From Candidatus Binatia bacterium (GTDB lineage: Bacteria; Desulfobacterota; Binatia; Bin18): a stretch of 64,000 nt of DNA. Positions 38,587 through 49,234 of the stretch are shown here, piece after piece. Made by a program: the position numbers and the translations under genes. Under the pieces are notes generated by a model. That model was not told where the DNA came from, ran no database searches, and saw nothing but the letters and a program-made list of their open reading frames with translations. Positions within the stretch are counted from its first letter, which is position 1; each line of letters opens with the position of its first letter. Where the stretch lies: NCBI GenBank assembly GCA_963422435.1, contig OY729511.1, positions 3,850,105 through 3,914,104 of the forward strand, given 5' to 3'.

Positions 38587-38892
38587 GCGTCTCTCCTCCT
38601 TTGAACGTCGGCCCGGTCAGGCGGCAATGCCTTCGACAGGCGTTCCGGTAAAAAAGGGCGGCGGTTTCCCCAGGCGTAGCATCCCCTGAGGATAGGATAC
38701 TATCCCTTCCGCCCTGGTTTGGTGGGCGAGTTGCGAGAGAAATTTTTTCCCTAAAGGATACCGCGCCGGTTTCAGGCGAAATCAAACGGCTCGAAGACCT
38801 CGGGGGGATCGATTTGTGTGGCTATGCCTTTCAGGCTGAAGCCGATACCTTCGAGCGGACGGCCGATTTTTTGGCTTCGCTGAGGACGGGTG

Positions 38893-38917
38893 TGGGTGCC
38901 CTCTCCCTCAGGGCACC
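38893..38917. repeat. GC-rich hairpin repeat, copy D (GGGTGCCCT-ctccctc-AGGGCACCC) containing the gccctctccctc core
   Basis: 9-bp stem with a 7-nt loop, 20 nt downstream of the yghU stop. Confidence 0.5.
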
Positions 38918-38936
38918 CTTGAGGAGCGATGTGGTA

Positions 38937-39791
38937 TCAGCTGGCCAGCCTATCGAAGTCGCTGGCGCTGTGGCGTTCGATGAGCCGCTCTTCTTCTGGT
39001 CCCCAGGATTTGTTCACGCGGCGGCCGCGTTGGACGGCCGGCCGGGCTTCGATGTCCTTCGTCCACCGGATCACATGCGTGTACGATTTAACGTCAAGAA
39101 ACTCAGCGGCTTCATAGATATTCTGCCCGACTAAGGCGCCATACCAGGCGTAGTTCGCGATGTCCGCGATGGTGTACTCGTCACCACACAAATACTGATG
39201 GTTGCTGAGATGACAATTCAACACATCCAGGAGGCGTTTCGTCTCCATGGTGAAGCGATTGATGGGGTACTCGAACCTTTCCGGAGCGTAGGCATAAAAA
39301 TGCCCAAACCCACCGCCGATATAGGGAGCGCTGCCCATCTGAAAGAACAGCCACGACAAACATTCTGCGCGGGCTGAAGGCTCGGTCGGCAGGAAAGCGC
39401 CAAACTTTTCTGCCAGATAGACGAGCATGGCGCCGGACTCAAAGACTCGGGTCGGGGGGGTAGTGCTGCGGTCAAGGAGCGCCGGGATTTTGGAATTTGG
39501 GTTGACGGCCACAAAACCACTGCCGAATTGATCGCCCTCGCTGATGTCGATCAGGTATGCATCATACTCGGCCGCCTTGATGCCGAGTTCGAGGAGTTCC
39601 TCCAGCAGGACGGTCACCTTGACGCCATTGGGCGTGGCAAGCGAATAGAGCTGTAGGTCGTGCTCGCCGACCGGGAGTTCCTTGTCGTGCGTCGCGCCTG
39701 CGATAGGTCTATTGATTTTTGCAAAACGACCACCACTTTCTTTGTCCCACTGCCAGACTTTCGGGGGTGTGTACGTACTGTTTTCTGCCAT
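38937..39791 (-). CDS. yghU: Nu-class glutathione S-transferase YghU
   Basis: Near-collinear with E. coli YghU across the whole length (KVWQWDKESGGRFAKINRPIAGATHDKELPVGEHDLQLYSLATPNG...INRFTMETKRLLDVL...DEYTIADIA). Confidence 0.9.
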   Translation of the reverse strand: MAENSTYTPPKVWQWDKESGGRFAKINRPIAGATHDKELPVGEHDLQLYSLATPNGVKVTVLLEELLELGIKAAEYDAYLIDISEGDQFGSGFVAVNPNSKIPALLDRSTTPPTRVFESGAMLVYLAEKFGAFLPTEPSARAECLSWLFFQMGSAPYIGGGFGHFYAYAPERFEYPINRFTMETKRLLDVLNCHLSNHQYLCGDEYTIADIANYAWYGALVGQNIYEAAEFLDVKSYTHVIRWTKDIEARPAVQRGRRVNKSWGPEEERLIERHSASDFDRLAS

Positions 39792-39842
39792 AGCTTCTCC
39801 TTTTTTTGGAATGGTTTTCCAGAGCATGCGTAACGGGGCTGA

Positions 39843-40709
39843 TCAGCGCGCAACCGTGGGCGACCAGTTATAGATGCGGGCGAGGCTGCCGCCCATGAGC
39901 GCGGCCCGTTCGGAGTCTGACAAATGGTCGGTGACCCGGAACGCCTCGACCCCCTGCTCGTAGGTCAGCAACTCGACCGCCCGGGTCCAGTCCGTGCCCC
40001 ACAGGCAGCGCGCAAAGCCGTACGCTTCAAAGAGCTGTCCCAGAGGCTCCCAAATGTCGGCGTAGGGAAATGGCTCGTGCGACAGAGTGCACGCCCCGGA
40101 AATCTTGATGGCGACATTGTCATGCTCGGCAAGGGCGATGACCTTGCTAAGATCGGCAAAGGGCTCTGGCGGGGCAGGAGGCTTGAAGGGTTGCCGGAGG
40201 CCCACGTGATCTACGATTACCTGAGTGTTTGGGTTCCTGCGCGCCAGTTCACCCAAGAGCGGAAGTTTTCCCCAACACAGCACGTTCACCGGTAGGCCGT
40301 GCCGCGCGCCAGCCACCAATATCCGGTTCAGCCCCGGATCGTCGGCCGTCGCGTCACCCATCATCATGATGCGCGCCCCTACCACGCCCGGCCTTGCCGC
40401 CCATTCGGCAATCTCGTCGCTGACGGTTTCTACCCGGGGATCGAACGGTTTGATCAGACCGAACCGGCCGGGATGCCTGGCATACACTTCGAGCGCGTAA
40501 CTCGCCTCGAAGCGATACATGGTCCACGGCGAGACCAACAGGGCCCCGTCGACGCAAACGGCATCCATCGCTGCAACCATGTCATCACCCGTGACCTCGG
40601 ATGGGCCGGGCAATGTCCTCATCCACGGCCGCTCCGGGTGGTCATGTTCATAGGCATGGACCTGCGAGTCGATCGTCGGGGTCGGGGCAGTTTGCGAAGC
40701 GACCACCAT
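39843..40709 (-). CDS. Amidohydrolase-2 (TIM-barrel metal-dependent hydrolase) family protein
   Basis: IDSQVHAY (metal-binding HxH-like start), ...VIVDHVG..., C-terminal WGTDW. 288 aa. Confidence 0.75.
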   Translation of the reverse strand: MVVASQTAPTPTIDSQVHAYEHDHPERPWMRTLPGPSEVTGDDMVAAMDAVCVDGALLVSPWTMYRFEASYALEVYARHPGRFGLIKPFDPRVETVSDEIAEWAARPGVVGARIMMMGDATADDPGLNRILVAGARHGLPVNVLCWGKLPLLGELARRNPNTQVIVDHVGLRQPFKPPAPPEPFADLSKVIALAEHDNVAIKISGACTLSHEPFPYADIWEPLGQLFEAYGFARCLWGTDWTRAVELLTYEQGVEAFRVTDHLSDSERAALMGGSLARIYNWSPTVAR

Positions 40710-40720
40710 TCTTTTTGTTC

Positions 40721-41797
40721 CTATGCGTCCGCAAAGTGGGGCAGCACTTCTTCAACCAGCATGCGCTGTGAGTTCTCCCAGGCCTCGTTGTTTTCCGATT
40801 GATCGAAGGTCAGGGCCAGCAGGCAACCGAAACCTCCGGTTTGTTCGTACATATCGCCCAGCTTTTGGGTCACGGTTTGCGGTGAGCCGACCAGCCACAC
40901 ATAGTCAGCCAGATACGCTAAGGTCACGTCGGAATCCGGGACTTCAGGGTGGTGCTTGAACAAGCTCATCATCTCAAACGACTTGAAGAGCGGCAGCAGA
41001 TACTCGCCCCACACCCGTCCCAGCATCCCGTTCAGGGCTTGCTCGCGCGCCTCCCGGTCGGTCTCGGCAATATAGACCTCGCGCGAGATGCGCCAGTCAC
41101 TCCGAGATGGCGTGACGCCGGACCGCTCGGCGCCTTCAACGACGGCCTGCCAATGGGTGTTGAGATAGCTGTTGCTCAGCGCAATGCTGAGAGGCAGAAA
41201 GCCGTTCTCGCCGGCGAACTTCAGGGTGTCCGAGCCGGGGGTGAGGCCGGCGATACCGATGGGCGGGTGGGGTTGTTGAAAGGGTTTGAGGTGGAACTTG
41301 AGGGAGTCGAGCATGGTGTCAATACGGTTGAACGACCAGAACTCGCCCTGATATTCAAACGGCTCTTCGCTCTGCCACAGCCGGAGCATGATATTGAGTG
41401 CTTCCAGCGTCATGCGCCGATTTTCTCCGGCCGCGCCGTCCACATTGAACAGTTTCCAGTCGCTCGGCAGGCCGCTCGTTCCGACCCCCAGCATGAAACG
41501 GCCCTGGGCCATATGATCCAGAAAAGCCACCCGGTGGGCCAGCTCAACCGGATGATGATACGGCAGGAGATGGGCACCGGGACAGAGTTTCATGCGCTGG
41601 GTACGCAGGAGTGCCTGGGCAATGAGCAAATCCGGGGCGGGGTTGGGTTCCCACGGGGCGGTAAAATGCTCACCTATCCAGGCCTCGTGAAAGCCGATGC
41701 GATCAACAAACTCCAGGTGTTGCAGGTCCCACGCATGGCCCTCGTAGAGATCTCTTTCGGGTGGGTGTGAGGGCATCATAAAGACTCCGGCTTTCAT
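40721..41797 (-). CDS. LLM-class flavin-dependent oxidoreductase
   Basis: 358 aa luciferase-like translation (FHEAWIGEHFTAPWE..., GVGTSG). Confidence 0.8.
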   Translation of the reverse strand: MKAGVFMMPSHPPERDLYEGHAWDLQHLEFVDRIGFHEAWIGEHFTAPWEPNPAPDLLIAQALLRTQRMKLCPGAHLLPYHHPVELAHRVAFLDHMAQGRFMLGVGTSGLPSDWKLFNVDGAAGENRRMTLEALNIMLRLWQSEEPFEYQGEFWSFNRIDTMLDSLKFHLKPFQQPHPPIGIAGLTPGSDTLKFAGENGFLPLSIALSNSYLNTHWQAVVEGAERSGVTPSRSDWRISREVYIAETDREAREQALNGMLGRVWGEYLLPLFKSFEMMSLFKHHPEVPDSDVTLAYLADYVWLVGSPQTVTQKLGDMYEQTGGFGCLLALTFDQSENNEAWENSQRMLVEEVLPHFADA

Positions 41798-41958
41798 AGG
41801 CTTCCTCCTTCAGCTCCCGCTCCTGCGAGCTGTGAGAACACCTATCGGTTTTCGCCCGGAGCCTCAAGGCCGGGGAGTTTCCACAGTGAATACACGGTGG
41901 CCCAAGGCTGGCTCTCCCTTGATTCCCGCCAGTCCGACCGCAATAATGGCCCTCCACT

Positions 41959-42630
41959 ATGATTGCGATTATTGATTACGGCATGGGCAATCTGCGCAGT
42001 GTCCAAAAGGGCTTTGAAAAAACGGGCCACGCCGCCACCGTCACCCGGGACGCCGCCCAGATTGAGGCAGCCGCAGGCGTTGTTTTGCCGGGGGTGGGCG
42101 CGTTTGGGGCGTGCATGGATGGCTTGGCCAAATGCGGCCTGGTCGATACTGTCCATCGGGTGGTTGAGCGGGGCACGCCGTTTCTCGGCATCTGCGTGGG
42201 CATGCAGATTTTATTCTCGGAAAGTATTGAGTTTGGCCGGGTCCGCGGGCTGGATATTCTGAAAGGCAAGATCGTGCGGTTTGATCCGACCTCCCTGGCC
42301 GGGCAGAAAATTCCGCACATGGGCTGGAATCAGCTTCAGATACAACAGCCGCCCCCCCATCTCGACGGCGTGGCCGAGGGCGTGAGCGTGTATTTTGTGC
42401 ATTCGTATTATCCGGTCCCGGATGACGCGGCGATTATTGCCACCACCACAGAGTATGGGTTGCCGTTTGCCTCCAGTGTGTGGTCGGGCAATATCTTTGC
42501 CACCCAGTTTCACCCGGAAAAAAGCCAGACGGTGGGCCTGCGGATTCTGGCCAATTTCGGACAACTCGTGCGCGAGCAGCGCGCAGACAGCCCGTCCCGC
42601 GCCTCGTCTGTCTCAGTGTCACCATGCTGA
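41959..42630 (+). CDS. hisH: Imidazole glycerol phosphate synthase, glutamine amidotransferase subunit
   Basis: MIAIIDYGMGNLRSV...GICVGMQ (Cys nucleophile)...HSYY...FHPEKS (His). Confidence 0.95.
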   Translation: MIAIIDYGMGNLRSVQKGFEKTGHAATVTRDAAQIEAAAGVVLPGVGAFGACMDGLAKCGLVDTVHRVVERGTPFLGICVGMQILFSESIEFGRVRGLDILKGKIVRFDPTSLAGQKIPHMGWNQLQIQQPPPHLDGVAEGVSVYFVHSYYPVPDDAAIIATTTEYGLPFASSVWSGNIFATQFHPEKSQTVGLRILANFGQLVREQRADSPSRASSVSVSPC

Positions 42631-43355
42631 TTATTCCGGCCATTGATCTGAAAGCCGGACAGTGTGTCCGCCTCTATCAGGGGGATATGGACCGGGCCAC
42701 GGTCTACTCGGACGCCCCGGTTGAAACCGCGCTGCGCTGGCAACGGGAGGGAGCGCCACGGCTGCACGTAGTGGACCTTGATGCCGCGGTCAGCGGCACC
42801 ACGGTCAATACCAGTGCCATTGCGCGCCTCTGTCAGGCCTTGACCATTCCGGTTCAGGTCGGGGGCGGTATCCGCAGCCTCGCCACGCTCGAACGCCTGC
42901 TCTCGCTCGGTGTCAGTCGCGCGATTCTGGGGACGGTGGCCTATCGTCAGCCGGCTCTCGTGGCGGAAGCCTGTGCCGAGTTCCCCGGCCGTATTACGGT
43001 CGGCATTGACGCCCGAGCCGGTCGGGTCGCGGTCCAAGGCTGGACGGAAACGACCGACCTGGAGGCCACGGACCTGGCGCTCCGCTGTCAGGACCAAGGG
43101 GTGAGCGAAATCGTCTATACGGATATCAGCCGCGACGGGACCCAGCAGGGCGTGAACCATGAGGCCACAGCAACTCTTGCCGGGGCCGTCTCCGTCCCGG
43201 TCATTGCCTCGGGCGGAGTGGCGAGTAGCACCGACATTCAACGTCTCCTGCCTTTTGAATCATCTGGGGTCATGGGAGTGATTATCGGGCGGGCACTCTA
43301 TACCGGAGGGGTACAGTTGGGGGAAGCGATTCGGCTGGGTGCCTCCCGCGGATAA
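42624..43355 (+). CDS. hisA: 1-(5-phosphoribosyl)-5-[(5-phosphoribosylamino)methylideneamino]imidazole-4-carboxamide isomerase
   Basis: MLIIPAIDLKAGQCVRLYQGD...VQVGGGIRS...ASGGV. Overlaps the hisH stop. Confidence 0.9.
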   Translation: MLIIPAIDLKAGQCVRLYQGDMDRATVYSDAPVETALRWQREGAPRLHVVDLDAAVSGTTVNTSAIARLCQALTIPVQVGGGIRSLATLERLLSLGVSRAILGTVAYRQPALVAEACAEFPGRITVGIDARAGRVAVQGWTETTDLEATDLALRCQDQGVSEIVYTDISRDGTQQGVNHEATATLAGAVSVPVIASGGVASSTDIQRLLPFESSGVMGVIIGRALYTGGVQLGEAIRLGASRG

Positions 43356-43382
43356 GGCTCTTCTACAGAGCTGCCCGCGCCC

Positions 43383-43826
43383 TCATTCCGGCGGCGTCTC
43401 CGAGACAGCTCCCTGTTCAATATGGGTTTGGATGGTTTGGAAAGCCTGAAGCAGGTCGGTCGAAGTCAGAATCCCGCAGACCCGGTCGTTCTCGACCACC
43501 GGCAAACAATTAATGCGGCGGCTCAACATCTGGGTAGCGGCTTCGGACAGCAAAGTCTCCGGTTGCACGGTCACCACGGCAGACCACATGATGTCGGCGA
43601 CCGTGACCCGCTCCAGGTCCGACTCCCGGCTCATACAGCGGAGCAAGTCGCGGTCAGAAATCACCCCGGCCAAACGCGCCTCGGCATCAACCACCAGCAA
43701 ATGCCGGAACCGATGCTGGGCCAGGAGGGCTAATGCCTGGGCAAACGGTTGCTGCGGCCTGAGCGCAACCACGTCTCGGGTCATGACCTCTTTGACCCGC
43801 TGCGGATAGGTTTTCTGAGCTGCCAT
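43383..43826 (-). CDS. CBS-domain pair protein
   Basis: 147 aa; two CBS repeats (VKEVMTRDVVALRP..., VADIMWSAVVTVQP...). Confidence 0.8.
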   Translation of the reverse strand: MAAQKTYPQRVKEVMTRDVVALRPQQPFAQALALLAQHRFRHLLVVDAEARLAGVISDRDLLRCMSRESDLERVTVADIMWSAVVTVQPETLLSEAATQMLSRRINCLPVVENDRVCGILTSTDLLQAFQTIQTHIEQGAVSETPPE

Positions 43827-43957
43827 GCGCCCCTACTCCGTCTGAGCATTTTCGCACCGTGCAATCCTAGCATACAATCGAAGCGCCGGGCAGAGACACG
43901 CTTCCCTTGTCGCCTCCGGCTCGCTTCCTCTACAATGCGGAGGAGGGAAGGCAGGGA

Positions 43958-44929
43958 ATGACACAAGCGATATTTCACCCACTTCGGCGCCTCCGTCAGG
44001 CGATTATCAAGCAGTTCGCCGCCCTGCTCACCAAGCCCCTCAAGAACTATGCGGTTCGTTTTCCGAACAATTTGGATGCACTCAAGAGCCAGATACGCAC
44101 CGGGGATGTCCTGCTGGTGGAAGGCTCTCAGCGTATTAGCGAGGTCGTTAAATATCTCACCCAGAGTTCCTGGTCGCACTCCGCCATCTACATTGGCGAT
44201 GAACTGATTCGCAGCAATCATCCGCTGGCGGAGCAGGCCCGGACCACCTTTGGCGGCGACGCCCAGTTCCTGTTGGTGGAAGCGCTGGTTGAGGAAGGGG
44301 GCGTGCTGTCCCCCCTGTCGAAGTACGTCGAGTACAATATCCGTCTGTGCCGCCCGTACAACCTCCAGCCTCAGGACTGCCAAGTGATCTTGGACGATGT
44401 GATCAGTCAGCTCGGCTATACGTATGATCTCCAGAATATCCTGGACCTGGCACGCTATTTCCTGCCGGTCAGTCTGGTCCCGCGCCGGTTTCGCCGGCGG
44501 GCGCTCCATTTTGGGAGCGGGCGGCCGACCCAGGTCATCTGTTCCAGTATGATTGCTGCGTCCTTTGGCAAAGTCCGCTTTCCCATTCTGCCCCACGTCG
44601 AGTCCACTCCCGATGCTCAGGAAACGCGGTCCCCCTTTTACCACCGCTTCTTTGCCAAGGAACAGAACACTCGCGACCGGCCTGCCTTTCGGCGGCGGCA
44701 CCCCACCCTGATTACCCCGCGCGACTTCGATCTATCACCCTATTTCCATGCGATTAAATTCAATATCATCGGCTCGCGGCGGCTCGACTATCGGAATATC
44801 ATCTGGGCCGAAGACCGCGCTACCGGAGAAGCGCAGGCCCCCATCACACCGCCGCCCGCGCCAGCTCAGCCAGACCTCGCTGCTTCCCCAGTCTCCTCAG
44901 TACCGTCTGTCCGGGGTCGAGCCAGTTGA
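43958..44929 (+). CDS. Permuted papain-fold (NlpC/P60-like, YiiX/DUF830-type) putative hydrolase
   Basis: [33 protein letters not shown] (His region) precedes [12 protein letters not shown] (Cys region), which is the permuted order. Identification is tentative. Confidence 0.4.
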   Translation: MTQAIFHPLRRLRQAIIKQFAALLTKPLKNYAVRFPNNLDALKSQIRTGDVLLVEGSQRISEVVKYLTQSSWSHSAIYIGDELIRSNHPLAEQARTTFGGDAQFLLVEALVEEGGVLSPLSKYVEYNIRLCRPYNLQPQDCQVILDDVISQLGYTYDLQNILDLARYFLPVSLVPRRFRRRALHFGSGRPTQVICSSMIAASFGKVRFPILPHVESTPDAQETRSPFYHRFFAKEQNTRDRPAFRRRHPTLITPRDFDLSPYFHAIKFNIIGSRRLDYRNIIWAEDRATGEAQAPITPPPAPAQPDLAASPVSSVPSVRGRAS

Positions 44930-44979
44930 ACGCGGCCACCTCTCTTGACAGTTTTCCGCGAACGCCTGACACTGCGCCC

Positions 44980-45762
44980 ATGCTGAGCAAACGCATTATT
45001 CCGTGCCTGGACGTCAAAGAAGGCCGCGTGGTGAAGGGGGTAAATTTTGTCGATTTGCGTGATGCCGGCGACCCGGTTGCAGTTGCGCAGCGGTATGACG
45101 CAGAGGGCGCAGACGAGTTGACGTTTCTCGATATTACGGCCTCGCACGAACGGCGGCGGATTATTCTCGATGTTGTCCGAAAAACGGCGGAAACCGTTTT
45201 CATGCCGCTGACCGTTGGGGGCGGGGTGCGGGAGAACCAGGATATTCGTGACCTGCTTAATGCCGGTGCAGATAAAGTCTCGATCAACACCGCGGCAGTC
45301 AACCGACCTGAATTTGTCAAAGAAGCGGCCGAACGCTTTGGGAGCCAGTGCATCGTGGTGGCGATTGATGCCAAGCGGAGGTCGGCGTCCGAGCCGTCCG
45401 GTTGGGAGGTCTTTATTCATGGCGGACGCACCCCGACCGGCATTGACGCCGTCGAGTGGGCACAGCGCATGGAAGCCTATGGCTCGGGCGAACTCCTGCT
45501 GACGAGTATGGACCGGGACGGCACCAAGGCCGGTTATGATATTGAGCTCACCTGCGCGATAGCAGAAGCGGTCACGATTCCGGTCATTGCTTCGGGCGGG
45601 GTGGGAAATTTGCAGCATATTTACGAAGGTCTCACCGCGGGCAAAGCCGATGCCGCGCTGGCCGCCTCGATTTTCCATTACCAGGAACACTCCATTCAGG
45701 AGTGCAAGCGTTTCCTGGACGCCCGCGGGGTCCGGGTGCGGCTCTCAGACCATCAGGGGTGA
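44980..45762 (+). CDS. hisF: Imidazole glycerol phosphate synthase, cyclase subunit
   Basis: [23 protein letters not shown]...[11 protein letters not shown]...IASGGVG. Confidence 0.95.
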   Translation: MLSKRIIPCLDVKEGRVVKGVNFVDLRDAGDPVAVAQRYDAEGADELTFLDITASHERRRIILDVVRKTAETVFMPLTVGGGVRENQDIRDLLNAGADKVSINTAAVNRPEFVKEAAERFGSQCIVVAIDAKRRSASEPSGWEVFIHGGRTPTGIDAVEWAQRMEAYGSGELLLTSMDRDGTKAGYDIELTCAIAEAVTIPVIASGGVGNLQHIYEGLTAGKADAALAASIFHYQEHSIQECKRFLDARGVRVRLSDHQG

Positions 45763-45786
45763 AGCAGACGCCCAAAAGGAGGAAGT

Positions 45787-46653
45787 ATGGCCAAGATCAT
45801 GATTGAGGCAGCCATCAACGGCAATTCCGATAAAGCCCGCAACCCCAATATTGCCTATAGCCCGGAAGACATTGCCAAGGATGCCATTGCGACCTGTCAG
45901 GCCGGCGCGGCCGCGGTTCATTTTCATGTCAGGGAGCCCGACACGGGCGAATGGGTGCAGGACGTGGGATATTACAGCGAGGTGTTCAGGCGGACGCGCG
46001 CGCGGTGCAATCCCATTCTCTGGCCCACATTTCCGTTCGGCGATGACCCGGTTGAGCGCTTTGCCCATTTTCTGGAACTCGCCAAAGACCCGGCTACAAA
46101 ACCGGACCTGGGCTGGGCTGATCCTGGCTCGGTCAACCTGGTTTCGTATGACGCGCGCACCAAAACGCTCTCGGGCGGAAATTTCATCTATCAGAATTCG
46201 TATGACGCCAATCGGTATTTTCTGGAACAGTCGCGGGCCTGCGGGGTGAGACCGACCCTCCAGATTTTTGATCCCAGCTTTCTGCGGGCGGTGCTGGTTT
46301 TTCTGGACCAGGGTCTGCTGACCGAACCCTTGTTGATCAAGTTCTATTTTGGCGGACCGGAGTTGCCGTTTGGCCTGCCCCCTTCCCTTAAGAGCCTGGA
46401 AGCCTATTTGGCTATGCTGCACGGCGTGCGCTGCAACTGGTTTGCGGCCACGCTTGGCGGAGATAATCTGCCGTTTATCCCGCACATCGTCAGCCTGGGG
46501 GGCCATGTCCGGCTTGGCCTGGAAGACCACCATTATGCGCGGGAGGGACAGCCCGCAAACCCACAACTTGTCGAGCGCGCCGTGGCAACCATTACCGCTA
46601 TGGGACACGAGGTGGCGACGCCGGACGAGGCGCGGGCCATCATAGAAGCCTAA
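45787..46653 (+). CDS. 3-keto-5-aminohexanoate cleavage enzyme family (BKACE/DUF849) protein
   Basis: IMIEAAINGN...AVHFHVREPDTGEW...; TIM-barrel BKACE pattern. 288 aa. Confidence 0.7.
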   Translation: MAKIMIEAAINGNSDKARNPNIAYSPEDIAKDAIATCQAGAAAVHFHVREPDTGEWVQDVGYYSEVFRRTRARCNPILWPTFPFGDDPVERFAHFLELAKDPATKPDLGWADPGSVNLVSYDARTKTLSGGNFIYQNSYDANRYFLEQSRACGVRPTLQIFDPSFLRAVLVFLDQGLLTEPLLIKFYFGGPELPFGLPPSLKSLEAYLAMLHGVRCNWFAATLGGDNLPFIPHIVSLGGHVRLGLEDHHYAREGQPANPQLVERAVATITAMGHEVATPDEARAIIEA

Positions 46654-46655
46654 AC

Positions 46656-47198
46656 ATGACAGCCGCCCACACCACGCGCATCGCCCAGATCCATGCCAGC
46701 GCTCTCAGGGCCATGCTGGTGGTGACGGGCGGCGGAACGCAGGCAATCGCGGATTTGCTGGCTGTTCCGGGTGCCTCACGGACCGTGCTTGAAGTGGTCA
46801 TCCCTTATAGTGAAGCCGCGCTCGCCGAATTTCTGGGAGCCGATCCAGACCAGGCCGTGAGCGTGGAAACCGCGGCGGCCCTGGCACGGGCCGCCTATAA
46901 ACGGGCAGTCGTCTTACACGCGGCTGAGGGATCGTTGGTTGGCGTTGCCTGCACCGCCGCGCTGGCGACGGACCGGCTCAAAAAGGGGACGCACCGCGCG
47001 CACATCGGCATCAGTATCGCAGCGGAAACCCGCGTCTATTCGTGCACGCTGACCAAGGGCGCACGAGACCGACAGGGCGAAGAACGGGTCGTCAGCGCCC
47101 TGCTGCTGGCGGTCCTGGCCCGGGCGTGCGGTCTATACCTGACATTTGACGGACTCCTGCGGGCCGATGAGTATATAGAGGAGCAAAGCGTAGAGTAG
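46656..47198 (+). CDS. CinA C-terminal/PncC-fold-like protein (catalytic motif divergent)
   Basis: VVTGGGTQAIADLLAVPGASRTVLEVVIPYSEAALAEFLG parallels CinA-C (TAESCTGG...PGSS...YSNEAK) but lacks the ESCTGG Cys. Confidence 0.35.
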   Translation: MTAAHTTRIAQIHASALRAMLVVTGGGTQAIADLLAVPGASRTVLEVVIPYSEAALAEFLGADPDQAVSVETAAALARAAYKRAVVLHAAEGSLVGVACTAALATDRLKKGTHRAHIGISIAAETRVYSCTLTKGARDRQGEERVVSALLLAVLARACGLYLTFDGLLRADEYIEEQSVE

Positions 47199-47272
47199 CG
47201 AGCAGGGTTGTCCCTCTTGCATGAGCGCCGAGCACCCACTACACATTGACTCAACAGACTCCGACTAGCGCT

Positions 47273-47851
47273 ATGAAAATTGGCATTGTCTCCGATATCC
47301 ACGCCGACGCGCCGGCCCTCCGGCGCGCGCTCAACGACATGCCCGCGACTGATTTATTGTTATGTCCCGGAGACGCGGTGAGTGAATACCGTTTCTGCCC
47401 GGCCACGGTCTCGCTGCTGCAAGAGGCGGGCGTGCGCTGCATTCAGGGCAATCACGAGGTCGTTCTTTTTGGCGGCCGTAACCCCGCCTACCTGAAAAAA
47501 TGCCAGGAGACCTTCCCAGCAGCGTCGCTCGCCTTTCTGGCAAACGCCCCCCTCAGCCGGGAGTTTGAGTGCGACGGCCTGCGGATTCTCATGGTCCACG
47601 CCAGCCCGTGGGAGCCCTATGAGGAATATATTTATCCGGGCAGCAAGCGCTTGGACGAGTTCGCCGCCCTGCCCTATGATATGGTCTGCTTCGGACACAC
47701 CCACGTGCCGCTGGTCCACCAGGCTGGCGATGTGGTGGTCATTAATCCGGGCTCGTGTTCGCAGCCGCGCGACCAAGACCGGCGGGGAGCCTATGCCCTG
47801 TTTGATACGCAGACGAGAGAAGGAACGATTTGCAGGGTGGAGCAGGCCTGA
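47273..47851 (+). CDS. Metallophosphoesterase (YfcE-like)
   Basis: MKIGIVSDIHAD...GD...GNHE...GHTH motifs. Confidence 0.85.
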   Translation: MKIGIVSDIHADAPALRRALNDMPATDLLLCPGDAVSEYRFCPATVSLLQEAGVRCIQGNHEVVLFGGRNPAYLKKCQETFPAASLAFLANAPLSREFECDGLRILMVHASPWEPYEEYIYPGSKRLDEFAALPYDMVCFGHTHVPLVHQAGDVVVINPGSCSQPRDQDRRGAYALFDTQTREGTICRVEQA

Positions 47852-47930
47852 ATCCGGGCACGTTTATGTCCGGGTCCAGGTGATCTTTTGACACCGGTCA
47901 TAACCACACGAGATAAGGAGACCGTCTGCC

Positions 47931-49226
47931 ATGCGTAAGCAACAGTCCCAGGTTCACAGCTCTCCCCAACAGGACGAGCAGGTCAGGCCGCCGACGAGTC
48001 GGCGCACGTTTCTGAGAAATGCCGCGCTGGGTGCGGTCGGTGGCGGCGCGGCGCTGGCAGCCGGCTGTGAGTATAAAACCCAACTGTTTCTGTTGAGCCG
48101 GCCTGAAACCGAAGCAGAGGAAAAAAGCCCGGACTGGCAGGAGGCCCGGGTTCGCAGCTATCGGCCATTGGGCCGGACGGGCATGGAGATGTCAGATATC
48201 TCGTTCGGCTGCTCGGGGCTCGACAACGCGGATGTTGTGCGGCGGGCCATTGATCGGGGCATCAATTATTTTGATACGTCCCCGGATTATTCGCGGGCCG
48301 GGTCGGAAAAAACTCTGGGTCAAGGTATTCAAGGCTACCAGCGCGATACACTCTTTATCGTCTCCAAGTTTTGTACGACGCAGGGTCATCTGAGCGATAC
48401 CACCCCGGTCAAGGATGTGATGGCTGCGGTTGAAGCCAGTCTCCAGCGAATCGGCACCGACTATCTTGATCTGGCCCATATTCATGCCTGCAATTCCATC
48501 GATCGGCTCATGAATCCGAACATCCACGAGGCCTTTGATCGACTCAAAGAGCAGGGGAAACTCCGTTTTCTCGGCGTCTCGTCCCATACCCCGCGGCTCG
48601 AATCGGTCATGCGTCACGCCGTGGACAGCGACCGCTTCGATGTCATCATGGTCGCCTATAGTTTTCGTAACTGGCCCGAGCTGACGAATATTTTCCACGA
48701 TGCCAAGCGGAAGGGGGTCGGCGTGGTGGCCATGAAGACCCTCAAGGGGGCGCGCCATAGCGCGTTGTCGGACTTTACCCCAACCGAACGGGAATCGTTC
48801 TCACAGGCCGCCTTTAAGTGGGTGCTGTCCAATCCTGACGTGAGCGGGCTTGTGGTCACGATCGGCTCCTTCCATCACATCGACGAATACCTACACGCCT
48901 CCGGGCAGCCGTTTCAGCAGGCCGACCTGGCCTTGCTCGAAAAATACGACCAGCTCGTTGCGAATGACTATTGTCCGCCGGGCTGTGGCGAGTGCTTGCC
49001 CGCCTGTCCGTCTGCTGTTCCGGTCAATGATATCCTGCGCTACGCCATGTATTATGAAAACTACGGCCAGCAGCGGGTCGGCATGGAAGAATACGCCAAG
49101 CTTCCATCCGCCCGGAACGCCTCTCAATGTGTCGACTGTCGGGCCCCGTGCGAAAGCGCGTGTCCCCACCAGATTCCGATTCAGGCCAAGCTGCTCCGGG
49201 CGAATCAGATGCTCCGGTTTGGGTAG
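47931..49226 (+). CDS. Tat-signal aldo/keto reductase fused to a C-terminal 4Fe-4S ferredoxin domain
   Basis: Twin-arginine leader ([23 protein letters not shown]). AKR core ([21 protein letters not shown]). Two Cys clusters near the C-terminus ([13 protein letters not shown]...[13 protein letters not shown]). Confidence 0.75.
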   Translation: MRKQQSQVHSSPQQDEQVRPPTSRRTFLRNAALGAVGGGAALAAGCEYKTQLFLLSRPETEAEEKSPDWQEARVRSYRPLGRTGMEMSDISFGCSGLDNADVVRRAIDRGINYFDTSPDYSRAGSEKTLGQGIQGYQRDTLFIVSKFCTTQGHLSDTTPVKDVMAAVEASLQRIGTDYLDLAHIHACNSIDRLMNPNIHEAFDRLKEQGKLRFLGVSSHTPRLESVMRHAVDSDRFDVIMVAYSFRNWPELTNIFHDAKRKGVGVVAMKTLKGARHSALSDFTPTERESFSQAAFKWVLSNPDVSGLVVTIGSFHHIDEYLHASGQPFQQADLALLEKYDQLVANDYCPPGCGECLPACPSAVPVNDILRYAMYYENYGQQRVGMEEYAKLPSARNASQCVDCRAPCESACPHQIPIQAKLLRANQMLRFG

Positions 49227-49234
49227 GCGCCAGC

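Noticed and set aside
38814-39134. 106-aa plus-strand ORF overlapping the 3' end of yghU
   Set aside because: Overlaps a near-full-length YghU match on the other strand; no independent support.
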